A DNA stretch of 64,000 nt from Candidatus Multivoradales bacterium (GCA_965223325.1 CBDCWI010000001.1:1920001-1984000); one strand, 5' to 3'. Shown: positions 27,513-38,209, counted from the stretch's first letter. Numbers and translations: made by a program. Notes: generated by a model from the sequence alone, not told the origin.

Positions 27513-29381
27513 TTGCTCACTTCTCCGAACCTTCTCGTTGTTCTCATGGCAGCGTTTCTCGTCGCGGCGGTGGCCGTGATGATAGGCCACCGGCTGCTGC
27601 CACGAGGTGCCAGGCATGTTCCGGGGCCAGCGCGCTGGGCCCTCGCCCTGGCGATTGGCTACGCATCCCTCTCCGCCATGGCCTTCCTCCTCGCCACCCT
27701 GGGGTGGCTCACGGAGGCGACTGCGCGCTGGGCGCTCGCCATCGCTGCGGCCGTCGTGGTTCTGCCTGGCTGGAACAAGAAGGAAAACGACCAGGGGCAA
27801 GAGGAGCCAGAGGAGCAGGAGGAAGTAGGAACCCCACGGCCCGGCTTCGAGAAGTTCGCCCTGGCCGTCTTGCTCGTCGCAGCTGCCCTTCCGCTCGTCC
27901 TCGCCCTCTACCCCTCGGTGGGTTTCGACGCCAACACATACCACCTCGCCCAGGCTCATTCCTTTCTCATGGGCGGATCACTTCCGATCCTCGAGCGCCT
28001 GCGCTATCCGGTCTTTCCCCCTTTTCAAGAACTGCTCTACGCCCTCGTCCTGGCGTTCTCCCCAGGCGAACAGACCGCCAACTTCGCTTCCGCCCAACTG
28101 CTGCACGCCCTCGCTGGCCTTGCGACGGTTCCGCTGGTTGCACTGTGGGTGCGCGCACCGCGCGAGAGGTCTCCGCTAGTGGGTTGGATCGCCGCCGCGA
28201 TGTGGCTCGGAACACCGGTCGTGGTCTACATCTCTTCACTGGCCTACGTCGACCTCGCCCTCACCCTCGCCATCGCTGCAGCGGCAACCTGTGTACTGCA
28301 AGCCTCGACTCTCGGACACCGGGCACCGAGGGACGAGTTGAGTTGGCTCCTGTGTGCAGGACTGCTCCTGGGGGTCGCCATGGGGACCAAGTACCTGGCG
28401 CTCTTTTTCCTTCCTGCCTTTGCTATCGCGTTGGTTGTCCTCTCGCCCCGTCGACCACTCACAGAACGCCTGGGCAGAGCGGGCGTTCTGGTTGCCGTCG
28501 CATCGCTGGTGGCGCTACCGGTGTACCTGCGCCTTTGGACTGCGACCGGCAACCCGCTCTTTCCGTACTACGAGGGGTTCTTCGGTCAGAACGCCTGGAG
28601 CCAGGCGAGCACGCTTCCTCCCGGCGGCTTTGCGACGAAGCTCACGGACCTCGTGCTGGTGTCGATTCGAGGGGCGTTCGACCGCACCTGGCTCGGCGGT
28701 CGGCCGCCGCTCCATCCACTGGCGGCACTTCTGGTCGTGCTGGCCCTCGGATCACTCCCTGGTTCGCACCGCGCTCGGGCGGTTGCGGTTGGGGTGCTCG
28801 CCTACGCCATCCTGTGGACCACGACGGTGATGGACCTGCGCTTTCTGCTGCCGGTCACACCGTTCGTTCTCGCCGGCGCCGCCCTGACCCTGCGGCGCTT
28901 CGTCTCGGGATCGCCGTCGCCACCGGGTCGCAAGCCGGTCATCGCAGCAGCACTGATCGTTGTTCTCGCGACCCCGGGAATCGCCTACGGCGCACGCAAG
29001 CTCTGGCAGCGCGGTGCTCTCCCGGTCAGCGAGGCCCAGCGCACCGCATGGCTCGACGACAGAATCGATGGGTACGGCGCCCTCCGCGCCACCCTCGCTC
29101 GAGACCCGGGAGCGTGTCTCTATGCCGACCGCGCCGAGACGTTGCATGCCTTCGCACCTCGACATGTTCTCGGCGCCCAGTTCGGCCCTGACGCCTACGG
29201 TGAACGACCGGCCGGCGGCGAAGAGCTGGTTGCGTGGTTGCAAGCGCGCGGGGCGAGTCACCTCCTCATTCTCGGTGACGAACCGATCCCCGGTCTCGAG
29301 CGAGCGGCGCTGGTTCTCGCCCAGCAAGGTTCGACCGTCTATCGCATCGACCCAGCCAGCGGCGCCTTCGGCTGCTCGTAG
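27513..29381 (+). CDS. GT-C fold polytopic membrane glycosyltransferase-like protein (ArnT/PMT-like)
   Basis: FDANTYHL periplasmic loop, AYVDL, GTKY, TGNPLFPY, LRFLLP; more than 10 TM helices. Confidence 0.7.
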   Translation: MLTSPNLLVVLMAAFLVAAVAVMIGHRLLPRGARHVPGPARWALALAIGYASLSAMAFLLATLGWLTEATARWALAIAAAVVVLPGWNKKENDQGQEEPEEQEEVGTPRPGFEKFALAVLLVAAALPLVLALYPSVGFDANTYHLAQAHSFLMGGSLPILERLRYPVFPPFQELLYALVLAFSPGEQTANFASAQLLHALAGLATVPLVALWVRAPRERSPLVGWIAAAMWLGTPVVVYISSLAYVDLALTLAIAAAATCVLQASTLGHRAPRDELSWLLCAGLLLGVAMGTKYLALFFLPAFAIALVVLSPRRPLTERLGRAGVLVAVASLVALPVYLRLWTATGNPLFPYYEGFFGQNAWSQASTLPPGGFATKLTDLVLVSIRGAFDRTWLGGRPPLHPLAALLVVLALGSLPGSHRARAVAVGVLAYAILWTTTVMDLRFLLPVTPFVLAGAALTLRRFVSGSPSPPGRKPVIAAALIVVLATPGIAYGARKLWQRGALPVSEAQRTAWLDDRIDGYGALRATLARDPGACLYADRAETLHAFAPRHVLGAQFGPDAYGERPAGGEELVAWLQARGASHLLILGDEPIPGLERAALVLAQQGSTVYRIDPASGAFGCS

Positions 29382-29388
29382 ACCAGCC

Positions 29389-30423
29389 ATGGGACTGCTG
29401 CGCCGACTGATGACACACCGCCGGGTACCGCTGTGGGCGTTTCACCTGCCCACCGTGCTGGCGATCGCCTGGCACGCTGTCCGGCTACGCTCCTTGCTCT
29501 TCTTTACTGCCGCCAACCCGATGATGGCGCGTTACGGCTTCTCCGGCCTGGCCAAAGACGAAATCATGGAGGGGATCGACGCACGGTTCCTGCCGGCGAC
29601 CGAGGTCGTCTCAAAACGCAACCGAGAGCGGGCCGTCCGGCGCGTCGAGAAGAACCTTCCCGGTCCTCCCTGGGTGGTCAAACCGCGCCGCGGCATGCGC
29701 GGCCGGGGCATCACCCTCGTTCATTCCCTGGAGGAGCTCGAGGAACGGCTTTCGAGCACCACTCATGAGCTGCTCGTTCAGGAGTGGATCGGCCTCCCCC
29801 AGGAGTACGGCGTTCTCTATCGCCGTCTGCCTGGCGAGGCAGAGGGCAGAATTGTTTCGCTCGCCGAGAAGAAGCTCCCGGTGGTGGTCGGTGATGGCGA
29901 GCGTTCCCTGGCGGAGCTGATCGAGGCTCTTTCAGCTCGAGAGCGCGGTCGAGCGGCAAAGTTTCTGGCCGAGCGCCTGGAGGACGTTCCTGCCGCAGGC
30001 CAAGAGGTCGCGATCGAGTTCATCGCCCAACCCTTTCTCGGCACCAGCGTGTTGTCACGCCAAGACGACATCACACAAGCCATGGAACGCTGTTTCGACA
30101 TGGTCTGCGACCCTCTGGACGGTTTCCACTACGGCCGCTTCGATGCCAAGGCTTCGTCGTTGGAGGCGCTCGAACAAGACGGCTTAGAGAGCGGGGAGCG
30201 CTTGGTGTTGCTCGAACTCAACCTCACCGGCAGCATGCCGCTCCACATGTGGGACCCGGAAAACTCGCTTCTCGACATCTATCGCTGCCTTTGGAAGCAC
30301 TGGCGCGATATAGCCGAAGTCTCAAAGAGAACGATTGCGCGAGGCGAAGCGACGATGAAGATCCGCCAGGTCGCTAGTGTGCTCAAGAAGCTACGGCGCG
30401 AGAGCCACGAGCAGTCAAGTTAG
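29389..30423 (+). CDS. ATP-grasp domain protein (D-Ala-D-Ala-ligase-like family)
   Basis: FFTAANP, PWVVKPRRGMRGRGI, LVQEWI, YGRFDAK, LELN. Start ATG 29389. Confidence 0.78.
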   Translation: MGLLRRLMTHRRVPLWAFHLPTVLAIAWHAVRLRSLLFFTAANPMMARYGFSGLAKDEIMEGIDARFLPATEVVSKRNRERAVRRVEKNLPGPPWVVKPRRGMRGRGITLVHSLEELEERLSSTTHELLVQEWIGLPQEYGVLYRRLPGEAEGRIVSLAEKKLPVVVGDGERSLAELIEALSARERGRAAKFLAERLEDVPAAGQEVAIEFIAQPFLGTSVLSRQDDITQAMERCFDMVCDPLDGFHYGRFDAKASSLEALEQDGLESGERLVLLELNLTGSMPLHMWDPENSLLDIYRCLWKHWRDIAEVSKRTIARGEATMKIRQVASVLKKLRRESHEQSS

Positions 30424-32435
30424 CGAAGAGCGAGGCGCAAACCGACTCGTACGGCGCGCCCCGGCAACGGATAGCCGAGCTGAGACTCTGCATCGCGATC
30501 GAAGAGGTTCTCGAGCCGCAAGCGCAGGGTGACCCGGTCGGTTGCCTGGAAGGTCGCCGCCAGCGAAGCGGTGGCAAACGAGGGTAGCTGCCCTCTGCCG
30601 GTCGGTACCTGTTCATCGAAGCTCGCGCCGCGGTAATCCGCGCGTGCCGCCAGGTGCCAGCGAGCGCGTGACCAACCTACCAAGAGGGAACCGTACTCGT
30701 CGGGTCGCCGTAGAAGCGGCATGCCCGCTCCGCGGTCCTCGGCGTCTTGAACAGTCCCGGTGATACGCAGCTCGAAGTTCTCGCCGATGTCGAGGTCGAG
30801 CCAGCCTTCGACGCCTTCGGTACGGACGGCGCTCCGGTTCTGAAGCTGGAACGAGCTGAAGTCGAAGTCGATGAGATCGCGGTAGTCGGACCGGAAAAGA
30901 GCCAGGCCAGCCTGGATGCCGGGGCGCGCGATCTCGAAGCCAATGTCCATTCCGCGGTTGCTCTCAGGACGGAGCGCTGGGTTGCCGCCCAGTGTGCGTG
31001 GGCTTCCGAGGGCGTAGAAGCTCGGCAGCTTGAAGGCCTCACCCCAGGAGCCGCGCAGAACGTATGGACCGTCCTTCGGCCGCCAGGCCACTCCGACGCG
31101 CGGGCTCCACTCGTCGTCACTCGGCTCGGCGGCAGGTGCGGCGACGCCAGAGGGCGCATCCACGGAGTCGTAGCGCAGACCGGCCTCGAGGGTCAGCGAA
31201 CCGATTCTGGTCTCCGAGCGCTGCTCGACCGTCAGGAACGCGGCCTGCGTCTCGCGCTCCAGCCGATAGTCGCCCGCAAGAGGACCGCCGAGAAACGGCG
31301 GCAGGAACAGGGTGCTCACGTTGACCCCCCGTTCTTCTGCCCACTCGGTTCCGAGGGCCACCAGACCAGAGCGGGAGTCGCCGCCGAAGGTCGTCGAAAG
31401 GTCGTAGAACAACCGCAAACGATCAAAGTTCGTGTCTTCGAGGCCCGGCGGAACCAGCGGCGGGATCGCCGGGTTCAGGCGTTCGGTGCGGTGATCGAAG
31501 ACGCTCAAGTTGAGCGCATGACGGAGCGGAGTTCCGCCGAGGTGACCCCCTTCGCCTTCGCTCGAAACCGCCACCAGCACTTCGTCGTGTGACGAGTCAC
31601 GAACTTCGCCGGTACCACTCAGTGGGCCGCCGGAACCCTCGGCGAAGTCTGCGGTCTCCCACGACACCAGTCGCAGCCGCGTAGCGAGCGAGAAACGACC
31701 GCGGTGTTCGGCACGACCCGAGAAACCGTCCTGTTCGAAGCGATCGGGCACACGGCGCTCGGAAGTTGGCAACCCATCGGTCAGGCGACCGCGCTCGTTC
31801 TCGCTGTGCCCCTGTATGAAGCCGCTCCACTCTGAGTCGCTGCGGGTGAGATTCAGTAGACCCGCCACCCGCCAGCGGTCGAAGCTTCCGACCTCGGCGT
31901 CAAGAGAGAACAGAGAGCTGCCCTCTTCGACACCGGTCACCAGATGAATCACGCCCGCTAGCGCTGCCGAACCGTAGAACGACGACACCGGACCGCGCAG
32001 GACCTCGACCTTCTGCACACCGAAGAGGGCGAAGGACGACAGATCGAAGCTGCCGCCCAGGGTGTCGGTGGAGTCGTTGAGGGGAACGCCGTCGAGAACG
32101 AAGAGGGTGAGATTGGGATCACCGCCTCGCAGGTAGCTGGCTCCGCCGCCCCCGCGCGTTGAGGAAACCGAAAGTGCTCCCGGAACGAGTGTTAGGACCT
32201 CCGAGGCGTCAGTGAGAGCGAGCTCCCGCGTCAACTCCCGGTCGACAACCGATACCGACGACGACGCCTCCAAGAGCGGCCGTGCGGTCACAGTCGCCGT
32301 TTCGTAGACCACCGGCGCGCTCACCTCACGGTCAGCCGAGGGCTCATCGCCGTTGTCTGCTTGTTGCGCAACCAACGGCAGGCTCGGGGCAATGACAACC
32401 AGAAGCGCCAGGACTCGCCGGAAACGGCGCATCAC
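30420..32435 (-). CDS. TonB-dependent outer-membrane receptor
   Basis: Signal peptide, ETATVTA TonB box, LFVLDGVPLN, VEVLRGPVSSFYGSAALAGVIHLVT plug motif, LENLFD...PGRAVRVGL. Confidence 0.92.
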   Translation of the reverse strand: MMRRFRRVLALLVVIAPSLPLVAQQADNGDEPSADREVSAPVVYETATVTARPLLEASSSVSVVDRELTRELALTDASEVLTLVPGALSVSSTRGGGGASYLRGGDPNLTLFVLDGVPLNDSTDTLGGSFDLSSFALFGVQKVEVLRGPVSSFYGSAALAGVIHLVTGVEEGSSLFSLDAEVGSFDRWRVAGLLNLTRSDSEWSGFIQGHSENERGRLTDGLPTSERRVPDRFEQDGFSGRAEHRGRFSLATRLRLVSWETADFAEGSGGPLSGTGEVRDSSHDEVLVAVSSEGEGGHLGGTPLRHALNLSVFDHRTERLNPAIPPLVPPGLEDTNFDRLRLFYDLSTTFGGDSRSGLVALGTEWAEERGVNVSTLFLPPFLGGPLAGDYRLERETQAAFLTVEQRSETRIGSLTLEAGLRYDSVDAPSGVAAPAAEPSDDEWSPRVGVAWRPKDGPYVLRGSWGEAFKLPSFYALGSPRTLGGNPALRPESNRGMDIGFEIARPGIQAGLALFRSDYRDLIDFDFSSFQLQNRSAVRTEGVEGWLDLDIGENFELRITGTVQDAEDRGAGMPLLRRPDEYGSLLVGWSRARWHLAARADYRGASFDEQVPTGRGQLPSFATASLAATFQATDRVTLRLRLENLFDRDAESQLGYPLPGRAVRVGLRLALR

Positions 32436-34954
32436 GCGGAGTGCTCACGATCTGGCTGCGGCCGGCGGGCTTCGAGGCGCGCGAAGATCGCCGGCAGGAG
32501 AGTGAGCGCTGCGAAACAGGTGGTGGTCGCGCCGATCACCGCCGCAATCCCCATCGATCGCAAGCCAGGAAAGTGCGAAAAGCTCAAGCTGCCGAAGCCG
32601 AGAACGGTTGTGATTGCTGCCACTGCCACCGCGCGCGCCGTCTGCTCGAGCTCGCGGTGTAGGCCGCTTTCGCGGAAGCGATGCACGAGGTGGACTCCGT
32701 AGTCGACCGCAATACCGATCAACATCGCAAAGACAAAGAGGTTGAGGAAGTTCACGTCGACCCGCAGAGCGGCCATGACGCCAACCATCCACACCGCACC
32801 AACGGCGAGCGGTAGCAGTGCAAGCGCCCCGAAGAGCAGCGAGCGAAACGACAGGCTCAAGAGCACGAGGACCAGCAGAAGCCCCAAGGCACCAGCAAGC
32901 GCAGCGTCACGACGGACGACGCCCTTGAGTTCGCGAGTCACCATCACCGCACCGGTCAGCATCACGTCCGGATACTCGTCGGCGATCGCCTCGAGAGCCG
33001 GTGGTGGCGCGCCCCGCTCGGCCCCCGGGGCGGTGTAGGCGTAGAGCAAGGTCGCAACCTCGCCGCCCTGCTCTGACCAGTAGCGCCCGAGGACCGGAGC
33101 AAGCGAGCCGGTCGCCAGGGAACCGATGTCGAGGGGCTGGGTGAGCGTCACCGCGTGGGCGACATTGTCGATGCCCGGAGCGAAGGCTTCGGGCGCCAGG
33201 CCCGCCGCTTCGACCGCCCTGCTGAGATCGTGGCGAATCGCCTCACGGTCGAGCCCCCACGATGCCACCCTGGCGAGGGCCTCCCGCTGGCGGACCAGCG
33301 AGGGCAGAAAGTCGAGCGCCGACTCGACCCGCGCCAGACTCTTCCCACCAACCAGCTCACGAACCCTGGGTGTGACCTCTCGCACCCGCTCGAGCACCTT
33401 CTCCTGCGAGCTACCGTCGATGCGCACAAGGTAGGGAGTAAAGCGCAGGCCGAACGCGTCGGTGAGTCTTCGTTGAACCACCGCGGCGGGGTTGTCAGGC
33501 GAACGTACGACGGTCGTGTCTTCGCGGTACTCGAGGCGCGGTGCAAAACCAATCGCCGCCAGAGTAAGAAGCGCGGCGATGACGAAGACCGGCCGGGGCT
33601 GGCGGCGACTCCGCAACGCCAGGCGACCGAGACCAAAGGCGCGTAGCGTCCCGCGGCCACGCGACGGTCGATTGCCGTCGAGCACCATGAGAAGCGCCGG
33701 CAGGGTAACGAAGACCGTCATCGCGACGATCAGGATGCCAACACCGGTCAGAGCACCGAGCTCTGAAAGGCCGCGGAAGTCTGAAATCACCAGCGTCAGA
33801 AGCGTCGCCGCGGTGGTGGTGGCACCGACGACGACGCTGGGCGTCGTTTGCACCGCCAGCACCTCGAGCGACTCGGCAGCAGACCGCCCCCCGGCGCGCT
33901 CTTCGAGGTAGCGACCGTAGAGCACGATCACGAAGTCGACGCCGAGCCCGATCAACATGGCTGCGAAAGCCGACGTCGCGGCATTCAAGCGACCGTAGGC
34001 CAGCATGGCGAAAGCCGCGGTGATCGCCAGGCCGGCGAGAAGCGGCGTGAAGGCGAGTACCGCGGCACCGGGACTGCGAAAGGCAAAGGCGAACAAGATT
34101 CCCACCGCCAGAAGAGCCCCGAGCGCGCCAACGACCATATCCTGCTGAATGCGACCGCCGTCGGAGACCGCGATGGCGTGGCCACCGGCCCAGTGGATGG
34201 TTGGTGGAAGGCCTTCGTGGCCGAGCTCTCGCCACTCGCTGAGTGCCTCCTCCCTCTGCTTGTCGAGGTGGGCGATGAGATCGCGCGAAAACTGAATGTC
34301 ACCCGCCGGCTGAGACGGCTTGCCAACGATCAACAGCCATTGGTTCTCGGGGTCGAGCACGTAACCGGTCTCATCGAACCGCTCGCCAGCCTCGGACCCG
34401 ATTCCCGAAAGCGCCAGGGACGAAAGATCCAACGGGTCTTCGACCAGGAGCTCGCGCATTCCAAGGCTCATCGGAGAGCGCACGCGGGCCGCCAAACGCT
34501 CAGCAGCCAGCCGCATGCCTTCCGGAGTCAATCGGTTTCGCACCTCGTCGAGCTGGGCATCATCGAGAAACAGGGTCGCCTTGGGCAGGAGCTCGGCGAC
34601 CGCAGCCAGGAGATCTTCCTGCCGGTACTCGACCCAACGAAAGTGGTCACTGCTGCGCATCTTCCCAACCAGGAGGTCGGCGAGCTCAATGGTTGCCTCG
34701 ACCGGCTGGTCTCCCACCTCGATGCCGACCAGGAACACATCGGCCGATCCGAAGCGCTCGAGCGTCGACTGGAAGTTCTCCACCGCCTCGTTGTCACTCG
34801 GCATGAGCGAGAGAATGTCGAGCTCGGCGCGTAGACCGAGTGCCTGGACCATCGCAGCGATCACCAGCAACAGGACGCTGGTGAGCACCAGCCACGGGCG
34901 CCTGATTCCCAGGCGCACGAGCGGTGCGCCCCAGAGGAGAGGGTTCCAGTTCAT
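32432..34954 (-). CDS. MMPL/RND family lipid exporter (HpnN-like)
   Basis: Two repeats with IGLGVDFVI and IGIAVDYGVH motifs, 12 TM-type layout, 840 aa. Confidence 0.9.
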   Translation of the reverse strand: MNWNPLLWGAPLVRLGIRRPWLVLTSVLLLVIAAMVQALGLRAELDILSLMPSDNEAVENFQSTLERFGSADVFLVGIEVGDQPVEATIELADLLVGKMRSSDHFRWVEYRQEDLLAAVAELLPKATLFLDDAQLDEVRNRLTPEGMRLAAERLAARVRSPMSLGMRELLVEDPLDLSSLALSGIGSEAGERFDETGYVLDPENQWLLIVGKPSQPAGDIQFSRDLIAHLDKQREEALSEWRELGHEGLPPTIHWAGGHAIAVSDGGRIQQDMVVGALGALLAVGILFAFAFRSPGAAVLAFTPLLAGLAITAAFAMLAYGRLNAATSAFAAMLIGLGVDFVIVLYGRYLEERAGGRSAAESLEVLAVQTTPSVVVGATTTAATLLTLVISDFRGLSELGALTGVGILIVAMTVFVTLPALLMVLDGNRPSRGRGTLRAFGLGRLALRSRRQPRPVFVIAALLTLAAIGFAPRLEYREDTTVVRSPDNPAAVVQRRLTDAFGLRFTPYLVRIDGSSQEKVLERVREVTPRVRELVGGKSLARVESALDFLPSLVRQREALARVASWGLDREAIRHDLSRAVEAAGLAPEAFAPGIDNVAHAVTLTQPLDIGSLATGSLAPVLGRYWSEQGGEVATLLYAYTAPGAERGAPPPALEAIADEYPDVMLTGAVMVTRELKGVVRRDAALAGALGLLLVLVLLSLSFRSLLFGALALLPLAVGAVWMVGVMAALRVDVNFLNLFVFAMLIGIAVDYGVHLVHRFRESGLHRELEQTARAVAVAAITTVLGFGSLSFSHFPGLRSMGIAAVIGATTTCFAALTLLPAIFARLEARRPQPDREHSA

Positions 34955-35073
34955 CGACAGCCGATGCGGTCGTTCTGTTCGTCGTTCACAGAGATCTCTA
35001 TGGCTAGGCGCAAGCGAGACGAGCGTGAGCCTAACCGAGTCGAACGACAGAAGTAGCCAGAACTGGCCGCGAC

Positions 35074-35730
35074 TCAGGCGATCACACGCTCGAGCAGATC
35101 AGGATCCCAGTCCTCGGTCACGTAGCGGTAGATCCATGCATTCTTCGCCCGCAGACGGGCCAGGGCCTCAGGCAGATCGAGCAGCATGGTCAGGCGACGG
35201 CTCTCGGTATGGAGCTCGCCATGACGATGGGTCGCAACGGTGCGAAAGCCGAGCACGCGGCGATGGAAGTCGTAGGGGCTGTCGGGATCGTCCTCGAAGA
35301 CGTCAGTGACGTAGTGAGTGAAGCCACGCCCCACCGTTTCCGATGTCGTGCCGCGCATGAGAGCGGCCGCAATCAAGAAACTCGAACGCTGATCAGCCTT
35401 GACGGCGAAGCGACCGATCTCGGCGACCTTGTGGTGTCGCAGGAAGGCCTCGACATCGATATCGGCGTCGATGAGGTCAAAGCCGTACTCCTGGTAGAGC
35501 TCGACCGGAAGCTCATAGAGGACCCGGCAGATACCCGCTGGCTCTCCGTCGGCAAAGGCCAGATACCAGGAGATCGAGTCGTTCTCGAGATCCGACTCCG
35601 GAAACATCTGCTCCGGTGTATCGACCCAGCACTTCTCACGGCGATAGACGAGCTCCACGACGTCGAGTACCTGCTGGCGCTGTTCGGGCGTTTCCACGCG
35701 AACCGCGCGGAAGCGGTTACGAGTGCTCAT
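35074..35730 (-). CDS. GNAT-fold N-acyltransferase, FeeM / N-acyl amino acid synthase-like
   Basis: AGICRV and VAEIGRFAV motifs. Start ATG 35730 with AGGAGG RBS; overlaps the upstream PlsC gene. Confidence 0.7.
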   Translation of the reverse strand: MSTRNRFRAVRVETPEQRQQVLDVVELVYRREKCWVDTPEQMFPESDLENDSISWYLAFADGEPAGICRVLYELPVELYQEYGFDLIDADIDVEAFLRHHKVAEIGRFAVKADQRSSFLIAAALMRGTTSETVGRGFTHYVTDVFEDDPDSPYDFHRRVLGFRTVATHRHGELHTESRRLTMLLDLPEALARLRAKNAWIYRYVTEDWDPDLLERVIA

Positions 35731-36556
35731 ATCGTTTCCTCCTGGCCTCTTCTGACCACTCCTTGCCACTGAGCCGCGAGATCGCGGTCATGATGCGAGC
35801 GTGGTGCTCCCGGACTGCAGTGCGATCACCCTCGTCTGCCCCGGAGGGGGCCGGAATGGCCTCGCCGAGGCGGACACGGAAGCTGCCGTAATCTGAGATC
35901 TTCTCGCCCGTCTCGTTGAAGACGATGCCACCAGGCACCACGGGAACCCCCGCGCCGATCGCGAGTCGCGCGGCGCCGTGCTGGCCGCGCAACAATTCTC
36001 GCGGGTGGCGATTGATCGTGCCTTCCGGGAAGACTCCCAACGAGCGGCCTTCGTCTAGCAGCGCCCGTGCACGCTCCATCGAGGTTCCCGGTGGCGAGAA
36101 GAACGGTTTGAGGCGATTCAAGAAACGCGGCTTGATCTTCTTGCGCATCACCAGAACGACCTGGTTCTTGCGATAGCAGAGCGACACGAACGGAACGAGC
36201 AGGAAGTTCCAGTCCGCCATGAAGTGCACCAGGCGACCACGCCGCTCCAGAATCAGGCGAGTCGGCACCAGCACTGCCTCGGGACGCTGACTGTGGTTGA
36301 GGGCGAGAATGAACGGGTCGCGTTCAGGGGCGATGTTCTCGAGGCCCTCGACACCGCGCATCCAGGGCATCGACAGCGTTGAAACGGCGCGCAGAAGAAA
36401 CCGTGTCACCCCGTCGCCCTGCAAGGGGAGGCGGCGTGTCCAGAAGTCGCCGTGACCTGAGGCGGCTCGCATCGGCGGTGCGTCGGCCGAATCGGGAGCG
36501 CTCAGAGGGGCGGGTGGAAGAGAAGCGGCTGTCATGGTTGTCGCTGGCGAGATCAC
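35717..36556 (-). CDS. PlsC-family (lysophospholipid) acyltransferase
   Basis: GLENIA, ILALNHSQRPE, VFPEGT, GAARLAIGAGVPVVP. Start uncertain. Confidence 0.82.
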   Translation of the reverse strand: MISPATTMTAASLPPAPLSAPDSADAPPMRAASGHGDFWTRRLPLQGDGVTRFLLRAVSTLSMPWMRGVEGLENIAPERDPFILALNHSQRPEAVLVPTRLILERRGRLVHFMADWNFLLVPFVSLCYRKNQVVLVMRKKIKPRFLNRLKPFFSPPGTSMERARALLDEGRSLGVFPEGTINRHPRELLRGQHGAARLAIGAGVPVVPGGIVFNETGEKISDYGSFRVRLGEAIPAPSGADEGDRTAVREHHARIMTAISRLSGKEWSEEARRKRYEHS

Positions 36557-36811
36557 AATGAGAACGACGAAGTCCCGGCCTTCGAGGGGGACTCCTGGAC
36601 GTTCGTACGCCCCGCGCTCGCCGATGGTTCGTGTCGGAATGACTTTCTGGAATGGTTCTGCGTCGAATCGTACACTCAGACGGCAGCAACGACCCGCTTC
36701 CTACGAACTTCGATAGCGTCTTCCGCTGAGCCTCCATCTCCCCGAGAATCTAGCTTTCCGAGAAGCCCCACGACCATGATCGCCGTCGCCAGAGGAAGCC
36801 GCCCGGCGGCA

Positions 36812-38209
36812 ATGAAGATCGTTCCGGCGAGCCTGACCGCGCTCTTGCTGGCGGGCTGCGGTGGTCTCCCCGAGCCAGTGACCCGGCCCGATCTCGCCGT
36901 TCGCGAGAGAGTTCCCCTGGTGTTCGTCCCTGGCGTGTTGGGTAGCAAGCTCGAGGACCGCCACACCGGACGTTCAGCCTGGGGAAAAGGCATCGACGTG
37001 CTCCTGCCACGCGACAACGGCTACGACCTCGCCGTGCCACTCGACTGGCAAGCGAGCAAAGGGCTCCCGCGGTTGGCAGCCAACGGCGTCGTCGACCGCG
37101 TGCGTCTCTTGACGGTGCGTCGCGACATCTACATTCAGTTGCAATGGTTGTTCGAGGCCAACGGTTATCGGCTTGGCTCACAGGCTGAGCCGCGCGCACA
37201 GGACGACTTCTACATGTTCTCCTACGACTACCGGCGTTCCAACGTCGCGAGCGCGATCGAGCTCTTCCGGTTCCTCGACAGTCTTCGCCGGGTCCGCGGC
37301 GAAGAGGTCCTGACCGTTGACCTGATGTGCCAGAGCAACGGCTCTCTGATCTGCCGCTACCTGAGCAAGTTCGGCGGCGTGCCCCTGGACGTAGCAGCCG
37401 CGGGCCGCGCCTTGGCACCCACCTCGATCCGCATCCGGCGACTGGCCCTCGCCGGCACATCGAACGGTGGCAGCCTGCGCACCTTTCGGGAGATCGACCG
37501 TGGACGCCAGTACCTCGGCGGCCTGGGTCGCAAGGTCCGCCCCGAAGTCACCTTCAGCTTCCGTTCGCTGTACCAGGACCTTCCTCTCGATGACACAGGC
37601 CTGTTCCTCGACAGGACTGGAAAACCGCTGGGCATCGACCTCTACGACGCCCACACCTGGCAGCGCTACGGGTGGTCGGTGTGGAGGACCGACGCACAAG
37701 CACGACTCAGAAAACCGAGGGCGCGTCGGCTCTTCGGCGACGGAGTGGAGCAACTCGCTTTTCTCGAAGAGCAGCTCAGGGCGGCAAGGGTTTTTCAAGA
37801 GACCATCATGCGCGACCCCCCGGGCTATGACGTCGAAGCGATCCTCTCGATTCAAAACGTCACGAAGCCCACCGCGGCGCGTGCCGTCGTGCGCGAGCTC
37901 ACCCACCGCAAAGGGTCGCGCTTGTTGTTCGATAGCGACCCCGACGCGGCCCAGCTCAGCGCTTCGGTTCGCGAACAACTGACCGAGCCGGGCGACGGCC
38001 ACGCGACGGTCGCCAGCCAGTTGGCGTTATCACCTGCCGAAAGGGACCGGCTGGTGGGTCCGACGGTCGCCGTGGGCGGCGAACACCATGAGGTGGTCCT
38101 GCAGCGAGAAGCTCACCACCGAATGCTCGAGTTCTTCCTGGCGCCCAACCTCGAGGCCGCCGTCCGCGCTGCCCGGCCGGTCGACCGCGCCGGTCCCGAA
38201 GAGCGGTGA
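36812..38209 (+). CDS. Alpha/beta-hydrolase lipoprotein, LCAT/lipase-acyltransferase-like
   Basis: LLAGC lipobox, PLVFVPGVLGSKL, FSYDYRRSN, CQSNG elbow, PGDGHAT. Confidence 0.75.
   Translation: MKIVPASLTALLLAGCGGLPEPVTRPDLAVRERVPLVFVPGVLGSKLEDRHTGRSAWGKGIDVLLPRDNGYDLAVPLDWQASKGLPRLAANGVVDRVRLLTVRRDIYIQLQWLFEANGYRLGSQAEPRAQDDFYMFSYDYRRSNVASAIELFRFLDSLRRVRGEEVLTVDLMCQSNGSLICRYLSKFGGVPLDVAAAGRALAPTSIRIRRLALAGTSNGGSLRTFREIDRGRQYLGGLGRKVRPEVTFSFRSLYQDLPLDDTGLFLDRTGKPLGIDLYDAHTWQRYGWSVWRTDAQARLRKPRARRLFGDGVEQLAFLEEQLRAARVFQETIMRDPPGYDVEAILSIQNVTKPTAARAVVRELTHRKGSRLLFDSDPDAAQLSASVREQLTEPGDGHATVASQLALSPAERDRLVGPTVAVGGEHHEVVLQREAHHRMLEFFLAPNLEAAVRAARPVDRAGPEER

Noticed and set aside
27326-29191. 621-aa same-strand alternative-frame ORF
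   Set aside because: Arg/Pro/Gly-rich, low-information frame overlapping the GT-C gene.
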